Of a stretch of 64,000 nucleotides of DNA, positions 40,556 to 50,016 are shown in pieces. The notes below the pieces were generated by a model, which was not told the origin of the DNA, did no database searches, and saw only the letters and a list, made by a program, of their open reading frames with translations. Source of the DNA: Candidatus Poribacteria bacterium (GTDB lineage Bacteria; Poribacteria; WGA-4E; WGA-3G); assembly GCA_963663765.2 (NCBI GenBank), contig CAXXUA010000005.1:736001-800000 (forward strand), in the 5' to 3' direction. The position numbers were made by a program, and so were the translations under genes. Positions within the stretch are counted from its first letter, which is position 1. The number at the start of each line of letters is the position of its first letter.

Positions 40556-40765
40556 CTATTTCGCTGTGTCCAGCGGGCAGGGGTTTAAAATTAAATTCGG
40601 ACAAATCGGTTTCAGTTCTTCAGGGGTACACTCATCGCAAATCCGATCCGTTTGATCGCAAATATTTTCAGTGACATCTGTGGTACCAAACAAGATAAAA
40701 CCACTTGCAAGCATCAACGTAAAAACAGTAATTATTGTAAGAAAGACTTTATAGTTCTGTTTCAC
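40556..40765 (-). CDS. Small exported Cys-rich peptide (69 aa)
   Basis: GTG start after GAGG; hydrophobic leader, then 5 Cys. Confidence 0.55.
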   Translation of the reverse strand: MKQNYKVFLTIITVFTLMLASGFILFGTTDVTENICDQTDRICDECTPEELKPICPNLILNPCPLDTAK

Positions 40766-41134
40766 ATTACACCTCACTATTATATCATAAATCAGCAATT
40801 TTAAAAATTCCAATATGACTTATTCCACAAAACAACGTACTTCCCCCTTGCAACAGCAAAAGTCCGCGAAAAAAACACTGTCTTGACGAAGTGCGCGCGA
40901 ACATAGTAACCAAGAAAACCTGTAGGTTTTCTAACGTTATCCTGCAGTATGTTTTTGACACAACCAACAAATGCAATAAAATAATTAATGGATATGAAGT
41001 GCAGGGGGGGCAAGTTAAGATGAAATTTTCTGTGTATAGTGAATTGATAATTTGCATAGATGGTAAACGACTTACAGATTTGTTTCTCATTAGATTAATA
41101 AAAAGTGTAATGAAAATGACAGAACATAATTCCT

Positions 41135-42225
41135 CAGGACTTACGCAGTCTCAAAGATTATTGATGGATTTGAGAGTTGATATCGCATATAATCATCCAA
41201 TAAACTTTGTTTAAGTTCATAAATTGTTTTGCCAAGTTTACGCGCAACACGTTTCAAACAGACCCATATTTGAAAACAACAGGCAATATGATTTCTTTGG
41301 GCACGCAACTTGCGACATTGACATTTGCCAATACCCGTGACTTGTTTGATCTCACGATGGAGTTGTTCAATCTTCCAACGCATACGACATTCTTGGTGTG
41401 CCGCATCCGCATCCGATTGAGATAAATCGTTTGTCACAATATATTCCGTGCGCCCGGTAGAGGAGGCTATCCGGAACAACTTGACTTGATACCCTTTTGG
41501 AAACTTCTTGATGTGCACGCTTTTCCCTTGCCGGATTTCTGTCCGGGTCCAAGATAGGTCTTGGACTTGTTGGTGCGGTTGCTCGCCATCCGTATCGTTT
41601 ACAAGACGATTTCGTTTCAGGGGCACGTAGTAAATCTTAGAAAGTTTTTCAATCGCTTTCATAACTTGCATGGAGGCATACCAAGTATCCATTAGCACCG
41701 TCCGAAACGGTATCTGTTTTTTAGAGTAAGCGTTGTGCAACATTTCCAGTAAATGGTCTATTTTGGTTTTACCATCATGATCTATGTCATAAATACGGTA
41801 ATCAATAATCCAATACTCTTCTGTCTTTGGATTGACATAGATACACGTCACAATACCAATGCCTTTAACGACTTTTTTGTCGCTACCACTCCACTGAGAA
41901 CGGAGGACCTCAATCTCTTTCGCATAGAGTTTAGGTAGCACAACATCGTCAAAAACAATGTAGCCATCATCATCAAACTCAATGTCGTTTTTGACCGAGT
42001 TCCAAAGTTCATTCGCGGGGATGTTTTCACCGCTCAGAAACCGATTGATTTGATCGTGGCTCCACTTATCAGTATGGTCTGCCATATAGGTTTGTGTAAA
42101 GTTTGTAAAACTTGATAACAAAAATTGACAATAATCTGAATATAAACTTTGTTTCTTTTCGGAAAGTGTAAATGTAATCATAATGGAATAGTATAGCACA
42201 AATCTATTATAGTGCGTAAGTCCTG
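41135..42225 (-). mobile_element. IS701-family insertion sequence (likely autonomous partner of local MITEs)
   Basis: 13-bp TIR CAGGACTTACGCA; 5-bp TSD TTCCT (41130-41134, 42226-42230). Confidence 0.9.
41141..42181 (-). CDS. IS701-family transposase
   Basis: SHDQINRFL, FDDVVL, LMDTWY, RWKIEQLHREIKQ, CQCRK..AQRNH; start inside the TIR-bounded region. Confidence 0.88.
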   Translation of the reverse strand: MITFTLSEKKQSLYSDYCQFLLSSFTNFTQTYMADHTDKWSHDQINRFLSGENIPANELWNSVKNDIEFDDDGYIVFDDVVLPKLYAKEIEVLRSQWSGSDKKVVKGIGIVTCIYVNPKTEEYWIIDYRIYDIDHDGKTKIDHLLEMLHNAYSKKQIPFRTVLMDTWYASMQVMKAIEKLSKIYYVPLKRNRLVNDTDGEQPHQQVQDLSWTRTEIRQGKSVHIKKFPKGYQVKLFRIASSTGRTEYIVTNDLSQSDADAAHQECRMRWKIEQLHREIKQVTGIGKCQCRKLRAQRNHIACCFQIWVCLKRVARKLGKTIYELKQSLLDDYMRYQLSNPSIIFETA

Positions 42226-42255
42226 TTCCTAAAATGTAGTATACTATAATTCTCA

Positions 42256-42375
42256 CAGGGTTATTCAGTTTTCCTAATTTTTGGATTTTTCCAAAAAGAA
42301 CCCCGCGGTAGGAGCGACCTCCCGGTCGCGATTTTCTCAGAAAACGACTAAAAGGCCTAAAACTATATAACCCTG
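42256..42375. mobile_element. 120-bp ISAs1-type MITE with single REP-B
   Basis: TIR CAGGGTTAT..AGTTT / AAACT..ATAACCCTG; 10-bp TSD ATAATTCTCA. Confidence 0.8.
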
Positions 42376-42465
42376 ATAATTCTCAAACAATGTCAAGTAT
42401 TTTTTTGAAAATTTTCGTTTCGCAATATTTGGATGTGATTATAACGTTGATAGAAAGTAAGGATA

Positions 42466-43857
42466 TTGATGAATAAGTCCCGAAGTGATCTGACACAAGG
42501 AAGTTTGCTACGCCATCTCATAAAACTTGCAGTGCCGATAACGTGTGGATACATCTTACAAGATGCGTTTAACATTGTTGATATGATTTTTGTTGGTAGA
42601 TTAGGTCCTGCTGCCATTGCAGCAGTTGGTTATAGCGGCAATTTGCTTAGATTAGTAGGTATTTTCTCACTTGGCATCTCAACGGGTGCGGGTATAATGG
42701 TCGCACAGTACCTTGGTGCAAGAAATCATGCACAAGCAAGCTATGTATCTATGCAGGCGATTCTACTCGCCTTTTTCTTTTCCGTTGGTATCGGTATTGT
42801 TGGGTATCCATTGGCAGAATTTGGTTTACGTGCAATAAGAACAACGGAACCGGATGTACTACAACTCGGAACAACTTACATGCATATCATCCTTGTCGGT
42901 ATCAGCACGATGTTTCTGTCAATGACACTCGGTTCTATCTTTCGTGCGGGTGGTGATGCTGTTACCCCCATGATTGTGCTGATTTTTTCTACGTTGATAA
43001 ACATCGGACTTGATCCACTTCTGATTTTCGGTCTATGGCATTTTCCGAAATTAGGCGTTGCAGGTTCAGCTTATGCAACGCTTATCGGTAGGGGTGTCGG
43101 TGTGGTCATTTTGCTTGTCCTCTGTTTCAGTGGACGCGCACCGATCTCTTTACGTAATATTCGGTTCCGCACAGATCTTGTTGAAATGCTTGACATTTTA
43201 AGGTTAGGGATTTATAGTTCTATGCAGGGATTCTGGAGACATTTTACCCGACTCGGTTTTTTGTGGGTAATAAATCCTTATGGCAAATTTGCTGGTGCTG
43301 CGTATATAATATGTATGCGGCTTCGCATACTGGTAATGAACCCCGGTTTTGGCATTGCCAACGCTGTAGCACCTGTTGTAGGTCAGAATGTAGGTGCAGA
43401 TCAGATAGAACGTGCCGAAGAAACAGCAAAGATGGGAAATATCATCGGGACAACACTCATGGTTTGCATTGGAGCACTATTCCTAATTTACCCCAATATA
43501 TTTCTTAGAATTTTTTCCGATGATTTAGAAGTCATCGGGATCGGATCAGATTTTCTTCAATGGTTGTCACCCACATTTGGATTCATAGCGTTCTCTTTAG
43601 TATTGGGTAAAGCACTAAACGGCGCAGGAGATACCTTTTCACCGATGATGATTACACTTGCTGCCCAATTAGGAGTTGGTTTGGTGCTGGTCATTCTATT
43701 ATCACATTATATCGGTCTAAAAGGTGTTTGGATCGGGATTGCACTCTCAAACGTGGTTCAAGGGGGTGCAATGTGGTTCTGGTATAGAACCGGAAGATGG
43801 AAAACAAAAAAGGTTATAAACAACGGTGGTAGGAATCCTACCAGAAAGGTGGTCTGA
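42466..43857 (+). CDS. MATE family efflux transporter
   Basis: DLTQGS, VDMIFVGRLG, RAGGDAVTPM, NIGLDPLLIFG, GVAGSAYAT. Confidence 0.93.
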   Translation: MMNKSRSDLTQGSLLRHLIKLAVPITCGYILQDAFNIVDMIFVGRLGPAAIAAVGYSGNLLRLVGIFSLGISTGAGIMVAQYLGARNHAQASYVSMQAILLAFFFSVGIGIVGYPLAEFGLRAIRTTEPDVLQLGTTYMHIILVGISTMFLSMTLGSIFRAGGDAVTPMIVLIFSTLINIGLDPLLIFGLWHFPKLGVAGSAYATLIGRGVGVVILLVLCFSGRAPISLRNIRFRTDLVEMLDILRLGIYSSMQGFWRHFTRLGFLWVINPYGKFAGAAYIICMRLRILVMNPGFGIANAVAPVVGQNVGADQIERAEETAKMGNIIGTTLMVCIGALFLIYPNIFLRIFSDDLEVIGIGSDFLQWLSPTFGFIAFSLVLGKALNGAGDTFSPMMITLAAQLGVGLVLVILLSHYIGLKGVWIGIALSNVVQGGAMWFWYRTGRWKTKKVINNGGRNPTRKVV

Positions 43858-43859
43858 AG

Positions 43860-44696
43860 ATGACAGACAAAGGTTACGATAACCCTCAACTGATAATTAC
43901 TGCGGAAACGTTGAAAGAGAGTCTTAATGATAAAACGTTTTGTATTGTGGATACACGTCCAACACACGAATATACACGCGGACATATTCCAGGTGCATTA
44001 CATCTCGACCTATTCGGGTTGAGTCTTATCAATACGAGCCAAGAAACGTATGATACATTTATGTGGATGATCGCTTATCTATTTCAACAACGCGGTATCG
44101 ATCACGCAAAAACGATTATTTGGTATGAAGATATTTCAGGGACCCGTGCCTCTCGAGGTTTATGGTTCTGTGAGTATTTAGGACATACGAATACGCAGGT
44201 ATTAGATGGAGGGTACAAAACGTGGTTAGCAGCTGACGGACCTGTCAGTACTGAAGGCGTTGAACCACCTGAAGTTCCAGAGTTTCCGATTGAAGCACAA
44301 AACGATTTACACATGTGTGTTAACAGTATACATGCTTCGTTGAACCAGACAGACTTTATCCCATTAGATACTCGGACAGATGATGAACACTACGGCAGAG
44401 TGGCGCGCGCAGAACGCGCAGGGGCAATTCCAGGTTCTATACATATAGAATGGATCAACAATCTTGACGATAGTGGTGCTTTCAAACCTGCTGCTGAACT
44501 CCGTCAAATGTATGAAGCTGCAGGAATCACACCGGAAAAGCAGGTCATGTGCTACTGACAAGGCGGATACCGCTCTTCCCAAACCTATTTAGCGTTGAGG
44601 CTCATCGGTTATCCGAAAGTCAGCAACTATATTGGGTCATGGAAAGAGTGGGGAGACCGGCTGGATCTGCCGGTTGAAATTCCTGAGGAAAAGTAA
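43860..44696 (+). CDS. Two-domain rhodanese/sulfurtransferase, probable selenoprotein (Sec at TGA 44556-44558)
   Basis: GHIPGA, LDGG, GAIPGS motifs. Read-through gives [23 protein letters not shown], completing the fold. Confidence 0.85.
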
Positions 44697-44886
44697 TAAC
44701 AATTCAAATAAATCTTGTCTCATTAAGGAATTATAATGTTTACTGGCACGGGGTTACTCTCTTCGGTAGGAGCGACCCGGGGAATGCTATATAGCATTCA
44801 TACCGTTGATTTGCCGGTCGCGACCGGGAGGTCGCTCCTACCAGATTTCCGCTGCTAATGAGACATTATCAAACGGAAATGGTATT
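44695..44886. repeat. IS630-type MITE with REP-B doublet interrupted by 35-bp micro-element
   Basis: Same unit as 10912; insert at 44779-44813. Confidence 0.8.
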
Positions 44887-44934
44887 ACTAAGAATTCTTA
44901 AAACTGAACAACCCTTGTTCTTTTTCAAAATGCG

Positions 44935-44965
44935 TTGACTTTTGCCCGCGTTTGTAGTATAAAAT
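44935..44965 (+). promoter_or_regulatory. Putative sigma70 promoter
   Basis: TTGACT-17 bp-TATAAA(AT) upstream of GGAGG RBS. Confidence 0.5.
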
Positions 44966-44992
44966 TAGCATCGCTTTTTGGGAGGTATACTT

Positions 44993-45961
44993 GTGAGACT
45001 CGTAACATTCAAACATCCCTCGTTTAACAAAAATACTGCTGCTCCAGACAGACCACATATCGGTGTCTGGATTGACGATGCTCATATTCTTGTACTCTAT
45101 TTAGGTACTCAAAACATGATCGAGTTTTTTGATCATGATTGTATTGAAAGAGCTCCGAATCGTATTGAGTCTATGCAAAATCTATTTAACCAGGGCAGCG
45201 ATATGTCGGAGATCATTTTTCCTGCTACTGAGGTTGAACTGCTTGCACCATTTCCACAACCAACGAGTCTACGTGATTTCGGAGTGTTCAAAACGCACAT
45301 GGACGCAGCAGCACGTATCACGGGTAAAGAAATATCACCTGAATGGTTCAAACTTCCCAACTACTATCGCGGCAGCACAAGTCCAGCATCTATTGCCGGG
45401 CACAACGCCGTAGTGACGTGGCCCAACTACACAGAAAAACTCGACTTTGAACTGGAATGGGGTGTCTACATCAGCAAAACTGGAAAAAACATCTCAATTG
45501 AGGAAGCACCAAATTATATCGCAGGATATACGATTTACAACGACATAAGTGCTCGAGATATCCAATTCCGGCACATGACCTTGGCACTGGGACCCGCTAA
45601 GGGCAAGGATTTTGACAACAGCAACATTATGGGACCCTGTCTTGTTACTCCTGATGAAATCGGAGATCCTTATAACCTGAATATGATCGCACGGGTAAAC
45701 GGTGAAGTATGGGCTGAAGGCAATACCTCAGATATGTACTACACCTTTCCTGAGATGATCTCCTTTGTCTCACAATCAGAGACCCTTTTTCCGGGTGATT
45801 TTTTAGGCTCTGGCACCGTTGGTAAGGGATGCGGTTGGGAACTTGATAGATGGATCCAACCGGGAGACATCATAGAACTGGAAGTCGAAAATATCGGTGT
45901 GTTAAGAAATACAATTGGTGAACCAGAACAGAATCCCGCAGCGTGGAAGGAAAAAGTATAA
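44993..45961 (+). CDS. Fumarylacetoacetate hydrolase family protein
   Basis: LDFELE, NDISARD, KGKDFD, GPCLVTPDE, GSGTVG. Confidence 0.9.
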   Translation: MRLVTFKHPSFNKNTAAPDRPHIGVWIDDAHILVLYLGTQNMIEFFDHDCIERAPNRIESMQNLFNQGSDMSEIIFPATEVELLAPFPQPTSLRDFGVFKTHMDAAARITGKEISPEWFKLPNYYRGSTSPASIAGHNAVVTWPNYTEKLDFELEWGVYISKTGKNISIEEAPNYIAGYTIYNDISARDIQFRHMTLALGPAKGKDFDNSNIMGPCLVTPDEIGDPYNLNMIARVNGEVWAEGNTSDMYYTFPEMISFVSQSETLFPGDFLGSGTVGKGCGWELDRWIQPGDIIELEVENIGVLRNTIGEPEQNPAAWKEKV

Positions 45962-45963
45962 CT

Positions 45964-46713
45964 GTGCGACTGAAAGATAAGGTGGCGATTATCACAGGGG
46001 CTGCTTCGGGTATCGGCAAAGCCACTGCAAAACTCTTTGCTGAACACGGCGCGAAGGTCGTTGTCGCTGATATTGATAAAGAGGGTGGAAACCAAACCGT
46101 CGCTAACATCAAAGACTGTGGAGACGAAGCAATCTTCATTCATACCGATGTGACAATAAAGTCGCACACTGAACAGATGGTCGCACAAACCGAAAATACT
46201 TACGGCAAGCTTGATATTCTGTTCAACAATGCTGGTATTGCAATGCGATTGCCTGTTGCTGAACTGCCAGAAGCAGACTGGCATCGCTGCATAGATGTGA
46301 ATCTCACAGGTGTGTTTCTGTGTGCAAAGGCTGCTATCCCTGCTATGCAAAGGAACAGCGGAGGTTCCATCATCAATATGTCCTCCATCTACGGGATTGT
46401 CGGTGCGGATGTCCGAGCTGCGTATGTCGCATCCAAAGGCGCAGTCACAAACCTAACACGCGGCATGGCATTGGATTACGCACAAGACAATATCCGAGTC
46501 AACTGCATCTGTCCAGGGTTCGTGGAAACACCTTTAGTCGCAGGTGTCATCAAAACACCAGAAGAATATCAGCAACTTGCGGATAAGCATCCAATGCGCA
46601 GACTCGGACAACCCGAAGAAATCGCTTACGGCACGCTATACCTTGCATCCGATGAATCCGCATTCGTTACGGGCATCGCCTTACCCATTGATGGAGGCTA
46701 TACCGCAGGATAG
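45964..46713 (+). CDS. Short-chain dehydrogenase/reductase
   Basis: TGAASGIG, NNAG, YVASK, IDGG. Confidence 0.93.
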   Translation: MRLKDKVAIITGAASGIGKATAKLFAEHGAKVVVADIDKEGGNQTVANIKDCGDEAIFIHTDVTIKSHTEQMVAQTENTYGKLDILFNNAGIAMRLPVAELPEADWHRCIDVNLTGVFLCAKAAIPAMQRNSGGSIINMSSIYGIVGADVRAAYVASKGAVTNLTRGMALDYAQDNIRVNCICPGFVETPLVAGVIKTPEEYQQLADKHPMRRLGQPEEIAYGTLYLASDESAFVTGIALPIDGGYTAG

Positions 46714-46729
46714 ATAATCAGGTAAATTC

Positions 46730-49408
46730 ATGCGAAGATTCTCCATCTACATTTTTCTCATATTACTAATCAATAGTGCCTATCTATTCAGTTTCGGTGA
46801 ACCAACCCTCTTTTATATACTAAATGTCCTATTTCACATTACACTCGGAATATTCCTCATAATTCCATTCAGTGTCTATCTCTGTAAAAAAATCAAAAGC
46901 ATTACACTAATTGAACGAGTTAGCATTCTCAATATAATTGTCGGAATCCTTAGCGGTGCCTATTTGATGATAGTCGGAGCTACCACTCCATATCGTTGGC
47001 TGCTCATTACACATATTATCAGTATTAGTATAGGCAGCATTCTTTTATGCGTTCATTTGGTGAAGCATAGTAACCTTCTTTCACCAATTCTAAAGAAAGT
47101 TACTGTTGGTGTTTTAGTCGCAGTCCTGTTTTTCCCGATAGGGGCGAAACTCTCACAGCACCTTTTCCCAAATAAAAACTACCTCGTCAAAAACCCAGAA
47201 CTACCACCTGCCAGCATGTATGACGAAGGGGGAGGAACTACAGGTCACTTTTTTCCCGCATCCGTTGAAACGGACACAGGAGACCTGATACCAACCGACT
47301 TCTTCCTTACCTCTGAAACTTGCGCAACAAATGGATGCCACCCTGATATCTATCAGCAATGGAATGAATCTGCACATCATTTTTCTTCATTCAATAACCA
47401 GTGGTACAGAAAATCTATCATCTATATGCAGGAAGTAAACGGAATTCAACCCTCAAAATGGTGCGGCGGATGCCACGATCCTGCTATTTTGCTCAACGGT
47501 ATCATGGATAAACCTATCCGAGAAAATCTGCATACGCCTGCAGCACACGCAGGACTTGCTTGTACTGCATGTCACTCAATTGAAAGGGTTAAGGATACGA
47601 TGGGAAACAGCGGATATGTTATAAAATATCCGCCACTCCATGAACTCGCGTCAAGTAACAATGCAATTATCAGAGGTCTACATAACTATCTCATCAGATT
47701 AGATCCTGAGCCACATAAGAAAAGTTTCCTAAAACCTTTCCATCGCAACAACACTGCCGAATTTTGTTCTACTTGTCATAAGGCACATCTGGATTTCCCA
47801 GTCAATAACTATCGATGGGTGCGTGGATTCAACGACTACGACCAATGGCAGAAAAGTGGTGTCTCTCATCAAGGCGCACTCTCATTTTACTATCCTGAAA
47901 AAGCACAGAAATGTGTTGATTGCCACATGCCACTCGTAGACTCTACAGATGCTGGTAATATCAACGGCAAGGTTCACAGTCATCGCTTTCCAGCTGCAAA
48001 CACTGCCCTTCCCTATGTAAATCAGCATGCAGAGCAGCTACAAGCAGTGATAGACTTTCTACAAAATGATGTGGTAACCTTAGATCTGTTTGCCAATGGA
48101 AAACCAATTCCAAAAAACGGAACTGAAGTAGCACGCGATGAAAGTCCACTGATTGAAGTTGTTGTTCGTACACGTGGTGTCGGTCATCAATTCCCCGCTG
48201 GTACTATTGATGCCTTTGATATCTGGCTTGAGGTGAAAGCCACCGATGAAAACGGAAAAATTGTGTTTTGGAACGGGAGAATCGATGCACCCGATGGAAA
48301 CGGACCTGTTGATCCGAGCGCGCATTTTTATCGTAGTTATATGTTAGACGCACACGGAAACCTTATCAACAAACGAAATGTGTGGGCAATGCGAACTGTG
48401 TTATATTCACGCACCATACCCCCCGGTGCCGCCGATACCGTCCGATACAGATTAGAAATCCCACATGACTGTGGTGAGACACTCTCTTTGGAAGTGAAAC
48501 TGAACTACCGAAAATTCAACTGGTGGCATACACAGTGGGCTTATGCGGGAGTTCGTGACCCAGAAGATAAGGATTTTCAGGTGGACAAGGGTTATGATGA
48601 TGGTAAATGGATTTGGAAAGGTGATACATCAGATGTCGCAGGAAAAATCAAAGCTATTCCTAACCTTCCAATTACCGTGATGGCAGATGTAAAAGCAACC
48701 ATACATGTCATACAGAAATCACAAAACCCACCTTCTCAACAAACAATTGTTCTTGCAAACGCTCGTGAACGGTGGAACGACTACGGAATCGGACTGCTCC
48801 TGCAAGGTGACCTCAGGAAAGCCAAAACAGCATTCCAACAAGTCACCAAAATTGAACCGAATTACCTTGATGGATGGGTGAATATCGCACGATGCCACAT
48901 CAAAGAAGGTGATATGAAAGGTGCAGAAGCAATGCTCAATAAAGCGTTTGAGATACAGAAAACACTACCACTCAAAAACCCACACCGTGCAAAGGTTCAC
49001 TACTTTTACGCTCTCATTCAAGAATCCTATGGTAACTATGACACAGCGATTCAACATCTCCAACAAGCTGCATCCCAATTCCCGCGCGATACACGTGTCC
49101 GAAACGTATTAGGTCGTATGCACTTCTTAAAACGCGATTATGAAACCGCTTTGACTCATTTTCAGAAGACGCTTGCGGTTGACCCAGAAGATTTAGATGC
49201 ACACTATAATATGATGCGTTGCTATCGGGCACTCAAGAACCCATCTATGGCAGCGAAGGCACATAAACTATATATGCGATTTAAGGCAGATGAATCTGCT
49301 GATCAGATTACCGGTATTCCCCGACGCGCAGACCCCAATGCCAACCGGGAACGACAACCCATCCATGAACACACAAATAGTTACACAACATATAATAAAA
49401 CTGATTGA
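46730..49408 (+). CDS. Membrane-anchored multiheme c-type cytochrome with C-terminal TPR repeats
   Basis: About 5 N-terminal TMs; CGGCH, CTACH, CSTCH, CVDCH plus atypical CATNGCH; TPR-like helices. Confidence 0.85.
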   Translation: MRRFSIYIFLILLINSAYLFSFGEPTLFYILNVLFHITLGIFLIIPFSVYLCKKIKSITLIERVSILNIIVGILSGAYLMIVGATTPYRWLLITHIISISIGSILLCVHLVKHSNLLSPILKKVTVGVLVAVLFFPIGAKLSQHLFPNKNYLVKNPELPPASMYDEGGGTTGHFFPASVETDTGDLIPTDFFLTSETCATNGCHPDIYQQWNESAHHFSSFNNQWYRKSIIYMQEVNGIQPSKWCGGCHDPAILLNGIMDKPIRENLHTPAAHAGLACTACHSIERVKDTMGNSGYVIKYPPLHELASSNNAIIRGLHNYLIRLDPEPHKKSFLKPFHRNNTAEFCSTCHKAHLDFPVNNYRWVRGFNDYDQWQKSGVSHQGALSFYYPEKAQKCVDCHMPLVDSTDAGNINGKVHSHRFPAANTALPYVNQHAEQLQAVIDFLQNDVVTLDLFANGKPIPKNGTEVARDESPLIEVVVRTRGVGHQFPAGTIDAFDIWLEVKATDENGKIVFWNGRIDAPDGNGPVDPSAHFYRSYMLDAHGNLINKRNVWAMRTVLYSRTIPPGAADTVRYRLEIPHDCGETLSLEVKLNYRKFNWWHTQWAYAGVRDPEDKDFQVDKGYDDGKWIWKGDTSDVAGKIKAIPNLPITVMADVKATIHVIQKSQNPPSQQTIVLANARERWNDYGIGLLLQGDLRKAKTAFQQVTKIEPNYLDGWVNIARCHIKEGDMKGAEAMLNKAFEIQKTLPLKNPHRAKVHYFYALIQESYGNYDTAIQHLQQAASQFPRDTRVRNVLGRMHFLKRDYETALTHFQKTLAVDPEDLDAHYNMMRCYRALKNPSMAAKAHKLYMRFKADESADQITGIPRRADPNANRERQPIHEHTNSYTTYNKTD

Positions 49409-49498
49409 ACCTTAAATTGAAATTGAAAGAATATGTGGAAGCATAAAAAAATAAGCAGATAACTCCAAGATTGTTTGCATATACCATAATATTTGGTA

Positions 49499-50003
49499 TT
49501 AGTTTTCTTCTTCTGGAGGCCACATATCTATCCCAATATAACCTGCATCATCATCAACGCCATCAGGGTCTACTCGTCCAGATGCAAAACCACCTGCATC
49601 AATTGGGGCAAGAAACCAAACTCTAGTATTTGAAAATAATACTTCACTGTCTAATCCTTCATATCTACCACTGTGTGGACCGTCTTTTCCTGTTGTTTAA
49701 AGACCAAGCACCTTTATTTATTTGATTGTTTGAATTAAGTTCGGTAGTCTCGAATTTAGCAACTTGTACTACATCTGTATACCGTATACATAACCTATTT
49801 CTACCTGTGCTCTTGTTAAGATATAAGAATACTGTGGCAGTTTCTACCAAATTCGATTGCAAATGTACTTTCCAGCCTGTACCATCCGGATTCATATCTT
49901 GCTCAATAATTTCCCGTCGGTCAGCATTCACATAGGTCACTGTTGCGATCACTAAAATTACAGTAAGTAATAGCATCATTCTTACATAATTACGATTAAA
50001 CAT
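49499..50003 (-). pseudogene. Secreted hypothetical protein, frameshifted near 49695
   Basis: Signal peptide from ATG 50003. The frame stops at 49665 but an adjacent frame continues TGKDGPHSGRYEG..WPPEEEN* to 49499. Confidence 0.55.
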
Positions 50004-50016
50004 ATTATCTCCTTGT

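Noticed and set aside
40785-41214. Short ORFs and a possible ncRNA upstream of the Cys-peptide operon
   Set aside because: No recognisable motif, RBS or convincing structure.
42182-42256. N-terminal extension of the IS701 transposase ORF in the track
   Set aside because: It extends beyond the TIR and TSD; the true start is probably at or after 42181.
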